From: Lachnospiraceae bacterium
GTDB taxonomy: Bacteria > Bacillota > Clostridia > Lachnospirales > Lachnospiraceae
NCBI GenBank assembly: GCA_017442585.1
Contig: JAFRZM010000053.1
Span: forward strand, 27,012 to 91,011
Length of the DNA: 64,000 nt
Direction of reading: 5' to 3'
Numbering within the stretch: the first letter of the stretch is position 1; each line of letters opens with the position of its first letter. The notes under the pieces were generated by a model that saw nothing but the letters and a program-made list of their open reading frames with translations, was not told where the DNA came from and searched no databases. Shown piece by piece: positions 1-11,141 of the stretch. Position numbers and translations under genes: made by a program.

Positions 1-1
1 G

Positions 2-184
2 ATAGGTGCCGGTGCAAAGCCTGAAGACGGCGACTTGGCAGACCATGTACTTAGCCGTTTTTCCAAGGCAGAACGCGTTAAAATAGACGAGGCAATTAAA
101 GATGCAGCGGATGCGGCAATCCTTCTTATGGAAGGTAGGTCCGACGAAGCGATGAGCAGGTTTAACGGTAAGAAAGAAGAGTAG
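2..184 (+). CDS. pth: Peptidyl-tRNA hydrolase, C-terminal fragment (runs off window start)
   Basis: Manual translation IGAGAKPEDGDLADHVLSRFSKAERVKIDEAIKDAADAAILLMEGRSDEAMSRFNGKKEE* resembles the Pth C-terminus; pth-mfd adjacency is conserved in Firmicutes. Confidence 0.85.
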   Translation: MGAGAKPEDGDLADHVLSRFSKAERVKIDEAIKDAADAAILLMEGRSDEAMSRFNGKKEE

Positions 185-185
185 C

Positions 186-3100
186 ATGAGCATATTTACC
201 GACCCATTAAAAGAGCTTGCAAGCTACGAGATAATTGAAGAAAGAAGGAAAAAGACCGGGGGGTTAATCCAACTCTCCGGCGTTCTTGATGCAATAAAAC
301 CGCTTTTAGTCACAGGCTTTTCCAAGAAGCCATATAGATTATTCATCACACATGAAGAGGTAAAAGCGAAAGAATATATAGAAGAATACCGCCTTTTTGA
401 TAAGAACGTATGCTTTTTCCCACCACGAGATATCCTGTTTTACGAGGCGGATATAAGAGGAAATGTCTTAACCGAAGACCGTGTCGAAGTGCTTCATAGA
501 CTTCATGAAGCAGAAAGCCTTACGGTAGTTACGACGTTTGATGCATTAATGGATAAGTTATCCGCACCGGCGGTCTTTTACGGACAGATTATCAACATAG
601 AAAAGGCGGATACGATAGATGTAGAAAAGCTTTCAAAGGACCTGGCAGCTATAGGATATGAGCGCAATTTCCAGGTTGAGGCTCCGGGAGACTTTGCAAT
701 CAGAGGCGGTATAATCGATATTTATCCTTTAGCTGAAAAGACGCCTATACGTATAGAATTATGGGATGATGAAGTTGATTCCATAAGACGTTTTGACGCG
801 GAAAGCCAGCGTTCTATAGAGGATATCGATAGTATAAAGGTATATCCCGCAAACGAAAGTGTGAAGGTAGCGGAAGCAAGGGAGCTTCCGGCGACTCTTC
901 TTGATTACTTTAAAGCGGATGAAACAGACATATTTATAGATGAACCTGCCCGCGTTATAGAAAAGGGTAAGGTTGTTTTCGAAGAGTATAAAGAGAGTGT
1001 GATTCAAAGACTTGAAAAGGGATACATCGAGTCTAAGGAAGCGGATATCATAAACTCTGTAAAAAAGACAGCAGATGCTTTAAAAAAGTACTTCCTTATC
1101 ATGTTTTCAACTCTTGATAAGACTGCGTCTGAACTTAAGCCTACAGGTATATACAATATTGAAGGAAAGTCTATAGGCGCTTACAATAAGAGCTTTGACC
1201 TCCTAATAAAGGACTTGAAGCGGTATAAGCGAAACGGATATAAGACGATAATCGTATCCCCATCCAAAACCAGGGCAAAGCGATTGGCGGAGGATATTAC
1301 GAATGAGGGCGTAACTGCGGTTTATACCGAAGACCTTACGCGTTCCATAAAGAAGAAAGAAGTCGTGGTATTTTACGGTAAGATTCGTCGCGGCTTCGAG
1401 CTTACACAGATAGGGTACGCTTTAATTGCGGAAAGCGACATTTTCGGTACCGATCACGAAAGAAAGCATAAAGCTAAAGATAAGTCGGGCGATTACATAA
1501 GAGAATTTGCCGATCTTAAGATTGGCGATTATGTTGTTCACGAAAACCACGGACTCGGTGTCTATAAGGGTATCGAGAAAGTTGAAATGGACGGCGTAAC
1601 GAAGGATTACATAAAACTTGAATATGATAAAGGCGGAGTGCTTTACGTTCAGGCCAATAACTTAGACGTATTGCAAAAGTACTCCGGCAAAGATGCAAAG
1701 AAAGTAAAGCTAAATACACTCGGCTCAAAAGAGTGGGAGAAATCAAAGACAAGAGTACGTTCCGCGGTTAAAGATATCGCGGCAGATTTGGTACGCCTAT
1801 ATGCTGCGCGTCAGCAGGTTAAAGGTTTCGAGTACGGTCCGGACACTGTATGGCAGAAAGAATTTGAGGAAGCTTTCCCCTTTGAGGAAACACCGGGACA
1901 GATAGATGCGATAGAAGCCGTTAAGAAAGATATGGAATCAAGCCGTGCCATGGATAGACTTATCTGCGGTGACGTAGGATTCGGAAAGACGGAAGTTGCG
2001 CTTCGTGCGGCGTTTAAGGCAGTGCAGGATTCAAAACAGGTGGCCTACCTTGTGCCTACAACGATTTTGGCAGAGCAGCATTACAATACCTTCGTACAGA
2101 GAATGAAGGACTTCCCTGTACGTGTGGAACTTTTGTCTCGTTTTAGAAGTAAGAAAGAACAAGATCAGACGATAGAAGCCTTGAAGAAGGGCGAAGTTGA
2201 TATAGTTATCGGAACACATAGACTTTTATCGAAGGATGTAAATTATAAAGATCTGGGTCTTTTGATAATTGACGAGGAACAGCGTTTTGGTGTTGCACAT
2301 AAAGAAAAGATAAAGGCGTTAAAGAATAGAATTGATGTTTTGACGCTGTCTGCGACACCGATTCCGCGTACACTTCACATGTCACTTGTCGGAATACGAG
2401 ATATGAGCGTGCTTGATGAAGCGCCTGTAGACCGTATGCCGATACAGACGTACGTTATGGAATATAATGACGAACTTGTGCGAGAAGCGATTAAGCGCGA
2501 GATTGCACGAGGCGGTCAGGTATATTACGTTTATAATAAGGTCAAAGGAATACGCGATGTAGAGGATAGGTTATCCGCGCTTTGTCCTGATGCAAGAATC
2601 GCATACGCTCACGGACAAATGCATGAAAAAGACCTTGAAGACATAATGTATCAGTTTATAAACGGTGAGATAGATGTACTTGTATCGACGACAATCATAG
2701 AAACGGGACTCGATATACAAAATGTAAATACGATAATCATAGAAGATGCGGAAAACTTCGGCTTATCGCAGCTTTACCAGTTACGTGGTCGTGTCGGTCG
2801 AAGCAATAAGACCGCTTTTGCCTTCCTTATGTATAAGAGGGATAAGCTCTTAAAGGAGATTGCGGAAAAGCGTCTTCATGCGATGAGAGAGTACACGGAA
2901 CTGGGCTCGGGTATAAGAATCGCGATGAAGGACTTGGAGATTCGAGGCGCGGGAAATATCTTAGGCGCGGATCAAAGCGGTCACATGGAAGCGGTCGGCT
3001 ACGATATGTACTGTAAGATGTTAAATGAAGCGGTTAGACTTTTAAAGGGTGTAACCGATGTTGAAGATTTCGAGACTTCGATAGATATAATGACGGACGC

Positions 3101-3536
3101 ATTTATTCCATCTACGTATATTCCGAACGAGTACCAGAAACTCGATATGTACAAGCGTATCGCGAACGTGACGACCGAGCACGACAAGGAAGAAATGATA
3201 GATGAGATGGTAGACCGCTTCGGTGAGCCGCCAAAGTCTGTACTAACTCTTTTAGACGTGGCACTTCTCAAAGCTCGCGCGAATAAGTGCTTTATAACCG
3301 ATATCAAGGAAAAAGATATGGATATAAAGTTTACGATGTTTAAGCATGCGAAGATTGATGTGGCGAAGATTCCGGAGATGTTATCCGGGTTCTCGGGCGA
3401 GTTTACGGTAAATACGAAGGTTGTACCGCCGGTATTTATCTATAACAAAGAGTACAATAATAAGATAAAAGGAAAAACGAATACCGAGATTATAGATGAA
3501 GTGCTTACGGCACTTTCGGATATAGTGTTAGAGTAG
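186..3536 (+). CDS. mfd: Transcription-repair coupling factor
   Basis: 1116 aa; UvrB-like N-terminus, RID ([10 protein letters not shown]), Walker [38 protein letters not shown] motif RDLEIRGAG-like. Confidence 0.98.
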   Translation: MSIFTDPLKELASYEIIEERRKKTGGLIQLSGVLDAIKPLLVTGFSKKPYRLFITHEEVKAKEYIEEYRLFDKNVCFFPPRDILFYEADIRGNVLTEDRVEVLHRLHEAESLTVVTTFDALMDKLSAPAVFYGQIINIEKADTIDVEKLSKDLAAIGYERNFQVEAPGDFAIRGGIIDIYPLAEKTPIRIELWDDEVDSIRRFDAESQRSIEDIDSIKVYPANESVKVAEARELPATLLDYFKADETDIFIDEPARVIEKGKVVFEEYKESVIQRLEKGYIESKEADIINSVKKTADALKKYFLIMFSTLDKTASELKPTGIYNIEGKSIGAYNKSFDLLIKDLKRYKRNGYKTIIVSPSKTRAKRLAEDITNEGVTAVYTEDLTRSIKKKEVVVFYGKIRRGFELTQIGYALIAESDIFGTDHERKHKAKDKSGDYIREFADLKIGDYVVHENHGLGVYKGIEKVEMDGVTKDYIKLEYDKGGVLYVQANNLDVLQKYSGKDAKKVKLNTLGSKEWEKSKTRVRSAVKDIAADLVRLYAARQQVKGFEYGPDTVWQKEFEEAFPFEETPGQIDAIEAVKKDMESSRAMDRLICGDVGFGKTEVALRAAFKAVQDSKQVAYLVPTTILAEQHYNTFVQRMKDFPVRVELLSRFRSKKEQDQTIEALKKGEVDIVIGTHRLLSKDVNYKDLGLLIIDEEQRFGVAHKEKIKALKNRIDVLTLSATPIPRTLHMSLVGIRDMSVLDEAPVDRMPIQTYVMEYNDELVREAIKREIARGGQVYYVYNKVKGIRDVEDRLSALCPDARIAYAHGQMHEKDLEDIMYQFINGEIDVLVSTTIIETGLDIQNVNTIIIEDAENFGLSQLYQLRGRVGRSNKTAFAFLMYKRDKLLKEIAEKRLHAMREYTELGSGIRIAMKDLEIRGAGNILGADQSGHMEAVGYDMYCKMLNEAVRLLKGVTDVEDFETSIDIMTDAFIPSTYIPNEYQKLDMYKRIANVTTEHDKEEMIDEMVDRFGEPPKSVLTLLDVALLKARANKCFITDIKEKDMDIKFTMFKHAKIDVAKIPEMLSGFSGEFTVNTKVVPPVFIYNKEYNNKIKGKTNTEIIDEVLTALSDIVLE

Positions 3537-3623
3537 GCTAAAGCGGCTTTGAAGTGAATTCAAGGCCGCATTTTGCGCGATAACGTCGCTTGATTAATGC
3601 GGGAAATAAATATTCTGAAAAAT

Positions 3624-3650
3624 TTAGCACTCGCCTCTTGACAGTGCTAA
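3624..3650. promoter_or_regulatory. CIRCE element (HrcA operator)
   Basis: TTAGCACTC-gcctcttga-CAGTGCTAA: one mismatch to the consensus TTAGCACTC-N9-GAGTGCTAA, upstream of clpB. Confidence 0.9.
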
Positions 3651-3666
3651 CAAAACGATATATAAC
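3638..3666 (+). promoter_or_regulatory. Sigma-A promoter of clpB
   Basis: TTGACA (3638-3643), 17 bp, TATAAC (3661-3666); the -35 lies inside the CIRCE. Confidence 0.85.
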
Positions 3667-3726
3667 TATTATGGAAACTGAAAAAGTGGCATGCGCCACA
3701 GTAGTGAAAGTGAAGAGGGTGAGTTT

Positions 3727-6312
3727 ATGAACATACAGAAATTTACGCAAAAATCGATAGAAGCTTTAAATGAGTGCGAAAGACTGGCGAATGAATACGG
3801 CAATCAGTATATGGATTGCGAGCATTTATTATATGCGCTTTTGACTCAGGAAGAGGGAATATTGCCGCGTCTTTTGGAAAAGATGGAGGTAAATGTGCCT
3901 GATTTTATAGGTGCGGTAGAAGGAAAGCTTTCAGCCTACACAAAGGTTTCGGGCGGTGATACAAATTATTACACAAGAGAGCTTAATAAGACATTGGTTG
4001 AAGCTGAGACCGAAGCCAAGAAAATGGGCGATTCCTATGTATCCGTAGAGCATATATTCTTATCATTATTGAGAAATGCGAATAAGCAGGTTAAGGGATT
4101 ATTTAAAGATTTCGGTATAAATAAAGACGGATTCTTGAAAGCCTTGATGACAGTAAGGGGCAACAGACAAGTTAATACCGATAACCCTGAAGGCACATAC
4201 GATACGTTGGAAAAGTACGGATACGATATGGTCTCCCGTGCAAAAGAGCAGAAGCTGGATCCTGTAATAGGCCGAGATGCAGAGATTAGAAACCTCGTAC
4301 GCATCCTTTCAAGAAAGACCAAGAATAACCCTGTATTAATAGGTGAGCCGGGCGTAGGTAAAACCGCCGTAGTAGAGGGTTTGGCACAGCGTATCGCCAG
4401 AGGCGACGTGCCCGGAGGCCTTGAAGATAAGCGCCTTTTTGCGCTTGATATGGGAGCGCTGATTGCGGGTGCAAAATACCGTGGTGAATTCGAGGAACGT
4501 TTAAAGGCCGTACTTGATGATATTAAGGCATCTGACGGCGAGATCATTTTATTTATAGATGAGTTACATACGATAGTGGGCGCCGGTAAGACGGAAGGCT
4601 CGATGGATGCGGGAAACCTCTTAAAGCCTATGCTTGCCAGAGGCGAGCTTCATTGTATCGGAGCAACGACTCTTGATGAATATAGAAAGTATATAGAAAA
4701 GGATGCGGCGCTCGAACGTCGTTTCCAGCCGGTTATGGTATCCGAGCCTACCGTAGAAGATACGATATCAATCCTTCGTGGCTTGAAAGAACGTTACGAA
4801 GTATTCCACGGCGTAAAGATTACGGACGGCGCATTGGTATCGGCAGCAGTTTTGTCAAACCGCTATATCTCTGACAGATTTCTTCCTGATAAGGCGATAG
4901 ACCTTGTGGATGAGGCCTGTGCGCTTATAAAGACAGAACTTAACTCGATGCCAGGAAGCCTTGATGAACTTAACCGTAAAATCATGCAGCTTGAAATAGA
5001 GGAGATGGCATTAAAGAAGGAAGAAGATTCCTTAAGCCGCCAGCGTCTTAAAGACTTAACTGATGAACTTGCTGCACTCAGAGAGGAATTTGCGAAGGGC
5101 AAGATTCAGTGGGATATGGAAAAAGCTGCAATTGATAAGGTTACGGCACTTCGTGAAAGAATCGATAAGGTTCGTTCTGATATAGAAAAAGCCAAGAGTG
5201 AATATAACCTTGAAGAAGTGGCAAGACTTCAGTATGGTGAGTTGCCGAATCTTCAGAAGGAACTTGAAGAGGAAGAGGCAGTTATAGCAAAGAATGAAGT
5301 TCCGCTTGCGCATGAAAGCGTTTCGGAAGAAGAGATAGCGCATATAATCTCCAAGTGGACAGGAATTCCTGTTGAAAAGCTTAACGAATCTGAGAGAAGT
5401 AAGATTTTAAACCTTGACTCCGAGCTTCATAAGCGTGTAATCGGTCAGGACGAGGGCGTAACAAGAGTTACCGAAGCAATCCTTCGTTCCAAAGCAGGTA
5501 TAAAGGACGAGAGTAAACCTATTGGTTCATTTCTTTTCCTTGGTCCTACAGGTGTAGGTAAAACCGAGCTCGCGAAGGCTTTGGCTAAGGCGTTATTCGA
5601 TGATGAGTCAAGTATGGTACGCCTTGATATGAGTGAGTATATGGAGAAATTCTCCGTATCGAGACTCATCGGAGCGCCTCCGGGATACGTAGGATACGAT
5701 GAAGGTGGACAACTTACGGAAGCCGTACGTAGAAAACCTTATTCCGTAGTTCTTTTCGATGAAGTGGAAAAAGCGCATCCTGATGTATTTAATACCCTTT
5801 TACAGGTATTGGACGATGGACGTATCACCGATTCTCAAGGAAGAACGGTAGATTTTAAAAACACTATAATCATAATGACTTCAAACCTTGGTTCCGATGC
5901 ACTTTTATCGGGTATCGATGAAAACGGAGAGATAACCGATAAAGCTAAAGAGGAAGTTATGAATATGGTTCATATGAATTTCAGACCGGAGTTTATTAAC
6001 CGACTTGATGAAATCATAATGTTTAAACCACTTAATATCGGTGAAATCGGTAAGATTGTAGACTTAATCGTAACAGAGATTAATAAGCGTATCGAAAATA
6101 AAGAATTATCGGTTAAGCTTACGGATGAAGCTAAAGAATTTATCGTCGAAAACGGCTTCGATCCGTTATATGGTGCAAGACCGCTTAGACGATATATTCA
6201 AAAGAACGTAGAGACGTTGGCAGCAAAGCTTATCTTACAGGATGAAGTACGCCAGGGTGATACGATACTTGTGAAAGTAGAAGACGGTCACTTAAAGGCT
6301 GTACGAGAGTAA
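3727..6312 (+). CDS. clpB: ATP-dependent chaperone ClpB
   Basis: Two AAA+ modules (GEPGVGKT, GPTGVGKT), middle coiled-coil domain, IDLVDEA, GARPLRR; start set at ATG 3727 after a purine-rich SD (MNIQKFTQKS). Confidence 0.98.
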   Translation: MNIQKFTQKSIEALNECERLANEYGNQYMDCEHLLYALLTQEEGILPRLLEKMEVNVPDFIGAVEGKLSAYTKVSGGDTNYYTRELNKTLVEAETEAKKMGDSYVSVEHIFLSLLRNANKQVKGLFKDFGINKDGFLKALMTVRGNRQVNTDNPEGTYDTLEKYGYDMVSRAKEQKLDPVIGRDAEIRNLVRILSRKTKNNPVLIGEPGVGKTAVVEGLAQRIARGDVPGGLEDKRLFALDMGALIAGAKYRGEFEERLKAVLDDIKASDGEIILFIDELHTIVGAGKTEGSMDAGNLLKPMLARGELHCIGATTLDEYRKYIEKDAALERRFQPVMVSEPTVEDTISILRGLKERYEVFHGVKITDGALVSAAVLSNRYISDRFLPDKAIDLVDEACALIKTELNSMPGSLDELNRKIMQLEIEEMALKKEEDSLSRQRLKDLTDELAALREEFAKGKIQWDMEKAAIDKVTALRERIDKVRSDIEKAKSEYNLEEVARLQYGELPNLQKELEEEEAVIAKNEVPLAHESVSEEEIAHIISKWTGIPVEKLNESERSKILNLDSELHKRVIGQDEGVTRVTEAILRSKAGIKDESKPIGSFLFLGPTGVGKTELAKALAKALFDDESSMVRLDMSEYMEKFSVSRLIGAPPGYVGYDEGGQLTEAVRRKPYSVVLFDEVEKAHPDVFNTLLQVLDDGRITDSQGRTVDFKNTIIIMTSNLGSDALLSGIDENGEITDKAKEEVMNMVHMNFRPEFINRLDEIIMFKPLNIGEIGKIVDLIVTEINKRIENKELSVKLTDEAKEFIVENGFDPLYGARPLRRYIQKNVETLAAKLILQDEVRQGDTILVKVEDGHLKAVRE

Positions 6313-6324
6313 TACATAAAACTA

Positions 6325-6351
6325 AAGCCCTGCAGGACTCCTGCAGGGCTT
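6325..6351. terminator. Likely bidirectional terminator between convergent clpB and HD-GYP genes
   Basis: 12-bp perfect stem AAGCCCTGCAGG/CCTGCAGGGCTT with a 3-nt loop. Confidence 0.8.
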
Positions 6352-6362
6352 ATATTCTTTAA

Positions 6363-7625
6363 TTAAATCAATGCTTCGATATACACATCCGAAGGCTCTT
6401 TTAAAAGATCCAGGAATGTTCCGTCTTTCATCTGAAGTATCGGACGGGAAAGCTGCTTATCGTTTAATAAAACGATGGTTCCAATCCTGTTATCAGAAAG
6501 GCGCACACGGTTATGCTGATAGGTGTTTGCTACTCTATTTAAGAATGGGAGAATTACGGACGGTTTATATTTTTGTAATCCGTCTGACTCGAATTCTGCA
6601 ATAACCATGAAAGGACAAAGCGAATGGCGATAGCTTCTGGCGGAAGTCATTGCGTCATATACGTCAGCGATTGCGATAACCATTGTAAATTCATCAAGCT
6701 CGTCGTCGCCCTTTTTGTTAGGGTATCCGGATCCATCGCAACGCTCGTGGTGATTAAGAATCGCATTTAAGATTCTTGCGTTAAGACCACTTCCTCTTAA
6801 AAGGTCATATCCCATCTGGGAATGCATCTTAACAATTTCGTATTCTTGCGATGTAAGCTTGCCCGGCTTATCAAGGATGGTCTTAGGAATTAAAGTTTTA
6901 CCTATATCATGGAAAAGACCTGCAATTGTAAGGTCATCAATTTCTTCTTTATCAAATTTGCACCACTTACCTAAAACACGTGCGATGTATGCAACGTTAA
7001 GTGAATGTGCGTAGATTGAATCTTCTATGGTTCTGATATTATGTAACACATCGAATAATTCGATGGTTGTAAACTTATGCTCGTTTAAGATTTCCAAAAC
7101 CGTAAGCATTAAAGTCTTAGGCGCGAGTATGTGATCGCGCTGATAGTTTTCAAAAGCTTTCTTTAATTCCTCGCAGTTTTGGGTGTAAGAAATCTGGAAG
7201 GCCTTAAACTTATCTGACATAACGACCTTTTGCACATAAGAAGCGCTTGACTGTCTTACAAACTCTTCATGCTTTTTAGGAGCGGCTTTTGCTTTTTCCT
7301 CTTCTTCTTTTTTTCTTTTGGCTTCTTCTTCAGCGATACGGCGAGCTTCTTCTATCGCAGCAGCTTCCTTTGCAGCAGCTTCTTCAGCGATACGCTTGGC
7401 AGTTTCTTCCGCGGCGATAGCGGCAAGGCGTTCTTCTTCGGCCTTGTCTTCATCGACATCGGATTCAATTACTTCGACTTCTCTTATCGAATAAAAATGC
7501 AGTCTTTCAATAAGACGACGGTCGAGTGCTACACCTTCGTTAACGATAAGCTGTCCTGTTTTAGTTTTGACTGCCTCGGCCGTAACCATTCCCGGCACGA
7601 GATCTTTGGTGCTAAGTAAGCTCAA
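6363..7625 (-). CDS. HD-GYP domain cyclic-dinucleotide phosphodiesterase
   Basis: FHDIGK, HHERCDGSGYP and ADVYDAMTS motifs; probable TTG start at 7625 after GGGGTGG SD. Confidence 0.9.
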   Translation of the reverse strand: MSLLSTKDLVPGMVTAEAVKTKTGQLIVNEGVALDRRLIERLHFYSIREVEVIESDVDEDKAEEERLAAIAAEETAKRIAEEAAAKEAAAIEEARRIAEEEAKRKKEEEEKAKAAPKKHEEFVRQSSASYVQKVVMSDKFKAFQISYTQNCEELKKAFENYQRDHILAPKTLMLTVLEILNEHKFTTIELFDVLHNIRTIEDSIYAHSLNVAYIARVLGKWCKFDKEEIDDLTIAGLFHDIGKTLIPKTILDKPGKLTSQEYEIVKMHSQMGYDLLRGSGLNARILNAILNHHERCDGSGYPNKKGDDELDEFTMVIAIADVYDAMTSARSYRHSLCPFMVIAEFESDGLQKYKPSVILPFLNRVANTYQHNRVRLSDNRIGTIVLLNDKQLSRPILQMKDGTFLDLLKEPSDVYIEALI

Positions 7626-7774
7626 AGTTCCACCCCTTAAATCCCTTGAAGAAAATGATAGAATCCCTAATTTAAAAGAGCACTCTTCACTTTTAAGTAT
7701 AGGAATTATAGGGTTAAAAGTCAACAATAGTTAAGGAAATTGTGTGCATTATTTGTTGTCGCTTGTTAAATTTA

Positions 7775-7803
7775 TTGACAGATAGATTTTCCTATTGTAA
7801 ACT
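7775..7803 (+). promoter_or_regulatory. Sigma-A promoter of the metK leader
   Basis: TTGACA (7775-7780), 17 bp, TAAACT (7798-7803), just upstream of the riboswitch. Confidence 0.75.
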
Positions 7804-7829
7804 AGTCCATGTTATGTATTTAAATATTT

Positions 7830-7930
7830 CTCTTATTCAGAGTGGTGGAGGTACATAGGACCTATGAAGCCACGGCAACCCCGGGGATCCGGAAGGTGCC
7901 TTTCCTGAGCGATTTATCGAACAATAAGAG
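7830..7930 (+). promoter_or_regulatory. SAM-I (S-box) riboswitch aptamer
   Basis: P1 CTCTTATT/AATAAGAG; conserved AGAGTGGTGGAGG, GGCAACC and AAGGTGCC blocks; directly upstream of metK. Confidence 0.92.
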
Positions 7931-7948
7931 GATTGGAATAATGATTTT

Positions 7949-7980
7949 AATCCGCTTATTGAATAATAAGCGGATTTTTT
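7949..7980 (+). terminator. Riboswitch expression-platform terminator
   Basis: AATCCGCTTATT-gaat-AATAAGCGGATT followed by Ts; the 3' P1 strand AATAAGAGGATT (7923-7934) can pair with the 5' terminator arm (one mismatch) as an antiterminator. Confidence 0.88.
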
Positions 7981-8035
7981 CTTATCTTCTGATCGCTAGA
8001 AAGAGAAAAGATTTCAAACTAAAAGGAGAATTAAT

Positions 8036-9223
8036 ATGGAGAAGAAAATTTTTACCTCAGAATCCGTAACAGAAGGACATCCTGACAAAGTCTGCGATCA
8101 GATTTCTGATGCGATCTTAGACGAAATGATTAAGCAGGATCCGATGAGCCGTGTTGCCTGCGAGACAGTATGTACAACAGGTCTTGTAATGGTAATGGGT
8201 GAAATCACAACAAATGCTTATGTTGATATCCAGAAAGTTGTACGTGATACAATCAAGGAAATTGGATATGACTCTGCAGATGCAAGTTTTGACGGCAACA
8301 CTTGCGGCGTTATAGTAGCACTTGACGAGCAGTCGGGCGATATCGCAATGGGCGTAAACAAAGCATTAGAGGCAAAAGAGCATACAATGGACGATTCTGA
8401 AATCGAAGCAATCGGTGCCGGCGACCAGGGTATGATGTTCGGATATGCTACAAACGAGACACCTGAATATATGCCGTATTCAATCGCTCTTGCACATAAG
8501 CTTACAAGAAAGCTTGCAGAAGTCAGAAAGAACGGAACTTTGTCCTACCTTCGTCCTGACGGAAAGAGCCAGGTCTCTGTTGAATATGACGAGAACAATA
8601 AGCCTGTAAGACTTGAGGCTGTTGTTTTATCAACACAGCATACAGCAGACGTATCACAGGAGCAGATTCACGAAGATATAAAGAAGTACGTATTTGATCC
8701 TGTACTTCCGAAGGAACTTATCGATAATGATACAAAGTTCTTTATCAATCCTACAGGACGCTTCGTTATTGGCGGACCTCAGGGTGATTCCGGACTTACA
8801 GGTAGAAAGATAATCGTAGATACTTACGGTGGATTCGCCCGTCACGGCGGCGGAGCTTTCTCCGGTAAGGACTGCACAAAGGTAGACCGTTCTGCATCAT
8901 ACATGGCACGTTACGTTGCAAAGAACATCGTAGCTGCAGGTATTGCAGACCGTATCGAGATTCAGCTTTCATACGCTATCGGTGTTGCAAAGCCTACATC
9001 CGTGCGTGTTGATACTTATGGCACAGGTAAGCTTTCAGACGAAAAGATTGTCGAGATTATAAGAAAGCATTTCGACCTTCGCCCTGCAGGCATCATCAAG
9101 GCACTTGACCTTCGCCGTCCGATCTACAAGCAGACTGCAGCTTACGGACACTTCGGACGTCTTGACGTCGATCTTCCGTGGGAGAGAACAGACAAGGCAG
9201 AAGAATTAAAGAAAGAGCTTTAA
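8036..9223 (+). CDS. metK: S-adenosylmethionine synthetase
   Basis: [28 protein letters not shown] signatures. Confidence 0.99.
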   Translation: MEKKIFTSESVTEGHPDKVCDQISDAILDEMIKQDPMSRVACETVCTTGLVMVMGEITTNAYVDIQKVVRDTIKEIGYDSADASFDGNTCGVIVALDEQSGDIAMGVNKALEAKEHTMDDSEIEAIGAGDQGMMFGYATNETPEYMPYSIALAHKLTRKLAEVRKNGTLSYLRPDGKSQVSVEYDENNKPVRLEAVVLSTQHTADVSQEQIHEDIKKYVFDPVLPKELIDNDTKFFINPTGRFVIGGPQGDSGLTGRKIIVDTYGGFARHGGGAFSGKDCTKVDRSASYMARYVAKNIVAAGIADRIEIQLSYAIGVAKPTSVRVDTYGTGKLSDEKIVEIIRKHFDLRPAGIIKALDLRRPIYKQTAAYGHFGRLDVDLPWERTDKAEELKKEL

Positions 9224-9265
9224 TTTAAAATAATATTTTCATAAGAGTAATCTTAAGGAGTACAT

Positions 9266-10381
9266 ATGAAGACAGGGAAGAATCATACGCTGTGGCTTTC
9301 TTTTTTGGGAGTCACGGCGCTTCCTGTTATTGTGGTATTTATCATAACGATAATGGTCACAAGAAGGGAATTTTTTGAATTAAGAAGAATATACGGACCG
9401 AGCTTTAACGCGGATGTAAGGGAATCTCTTTTTATGATTTTAATATTCGTGCTCGGGCTTATAGTCATAGCAAATTCTTTATGGATGATCTGGATGAAAG
9501 GCCTCGTAATAAAGCCGATACAGGATATCGAAGCTGCAACGAAGAGAATAGCATCCGGTGATCTTAACTTTTCCCTGGAAACGGAAAGAAATGACGAAAT
9601 CGGTGAACTTTGCCGTGACTTTGAAGAGATGAGGAAAAAGCTCAAAGAGTCAGCAGAAGAGCGCCTTTTGTCAGAGCAGCAGCAACAGCAGTTTATAAGC
9701 AATATCTGTCATGATTTAAAGACCCCGATAACTTCAATTCAAGGCTATGTCGAGGGTATAATGGACGGAGTTGCAAAGACGCCGGAGATGCAGGATAAGT
9801 ATTTAAGGACTATCCACAATAAGGCGTCCGAAATGAACCTTTTAATTAATGAGCTTACAATGTATAATAAGCTTGATAATAATCGTATTCCTTATGATTT
9901 TAAGATTGTGCCGTTTAAGAAGTATTTGGATGATTGCGCGGTCGAGATAGAGGATGAGTTAGAGACTTACGACATAGGATTTACCTATAATTGTTATGTT
10001 TTGGATTCGGTAAATGTTATAATGGATCCGGAGCAGTTTAGCAGGGTTATCAGAAATATAATCGGTAACTCAGTTAAATATATGGATAAAGAAAATAAGT
10101 GGATTAAACTTTCGGCGCGCGAAGTCGGTGACAGCGTCGAGATAGAGATAGAAGATAACGGACAGGGTATAAGCGGACGAGATCTTCCTAGAATTTTTGA
10201 CAGATTCTACCGTGCGGATGCATCGCGCGGTAAGACGAAGGGGTCCGGCATCGGCCTTTCGATAGTGAAGAAAGTAATGGAAGACCATAACGGTATGGTG
10301 CGTGCCGTAAGCCGCGAAGGCGAAGGTACGGCGATTTATCTTGATATAAGAAAGTGCGAGAAGGAGAGTAAAGTTGAGTAG
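9266..10381 (+). CDS. Membrane sensor histidine kinase (HAMP-HisKA-HATPase)
   Basis: Two N-terminal TM segments, HAMP, H-box CHDLKTP, N-box NSVKY, EDNGQGI, FDRFYRAD, GSGIGL. Confidence 0.95.
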   Translation: MKTGKNHTLWLSFLGVTALPVIVVFIITIMVTRREFFELRRIYGPSFNADVRESLFMILIFVLGLIVIANSLWMIWMKGLVIKPIQDIEAATKRIASGDLNFSLETERNDEIGELCRDFEEMRKKLKESAEERLLSEQQQQQFISNICHDLKTPITSIQGYVEGIMDGVAKTPEMQDKYLRTIHNKASEMNLLINELTMYNKLDNNRIPYDFKIVPFKKYLDDCAVEIEDELETYDIGFTYNCYVLDSVNVIMDPEQFSRVIRNIIGNSVKYMDKENKWIKLSAREVGDSVEIEIEDNGQGISGRDLPRIFDRFYRADASRGKTKGSGIGLSIVKKVMEDHNGMVRAVSREGEGTAIYLDIRKCEKESKVE

Positions 10382-11060
10382 GATTCTTATAATTGAGGAT
10401 GAAAAAGAAATAGCGGAGCTTGAACGTGATTATCTTGCGATTGCGGGATATGACATCGACATTTGCTTTGACGGAGAAGAAGGCTTGAATAAAGCGCTTT
10501 CCGAGGATTACGACCTTTATATCTTGGACGTAATGCTTCCGTCAATCGATGGATTCGAGCTTTGCAAAAGAATAAGGGAAGCGAAAAATGCTCCTATCGT
10601 GATGGTATCCGCAAAAAAAGATGATATCGATAAAATCCGCGGACTCGGATTCGGTGCAGACGACTACGTATGTAAGCCGTTTTCACCATCTGAGCTTGTT
10701 GCGAGAGTTAAGGCTCATCTTACAAGATATGAGACCTTAACCGGCAAAGAAAAGAAGAATGAAGTAATAACAATCCGCGGACTTAAGATTGATAAGACTG
10801 CACACAGAGTCTTCCTTAACGACGAGGAAAAAGCTTTTACCTCAAAGGAATTTGAACTCCTGCTTTATATGGCGCAGAATCCTAACCGTGTATTTACGAA
10901 GGAAGAGCTTTTCAGTAAGATTTGGGGAATGGAATCTGTCGGAGATATCGCGACGGTAACGGTTCATGTAAAGAAGATTCGTGAGAAGTTGGAAGTAGAT
11001 AACCAGAATCCACAGTATATAGAGACAATCTGGGGCGTCGGATACCGCTTTAAAATTTAA
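10374..11060 (+). CDS. OmpR-family response regulator
   Basis: ILIIEDE, LDVMLP, GADDYVCKPFS, winged-helix end IETIWGVGYRF; overlaps the kinase stop. Confidence 0.95.
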   Translation: MSRILIIEDEKEIAELERDYLAIAGYDIDICFDGEEGLNKALSEDYDLYILDVMLPSIDGFELCKRIREAKNAPIVMVSAKKDDIDKIRGLGFGADDYVCKPFSPSELVARVKAHLTRYETLTGKEKKNEVITIRGLKIDKTAHRVFLNDEEKAFTSKEFELLLYMAQNPNRVFTKEELFSKIWGMESVGDIATVTVHVKKIREKLEVDNQNPQYIETIWGVGYRFKI

Positions 11061-11141
11061 GTTTACCCGATGCAACATTTTTAAAACCGCATCTGTATTA
11101 TTTGCAGAAGGGCGATAAGCCAGGTTTAAGGAGGAAACTTT

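Noticed and set aside
11070-11100. ECF-sigma-like promoter (TGCAAC...TCTGTA) before the DUF4349 gene
   Set aside because: Only a weak, short match, and no cognate sigma factor in the window to support it.
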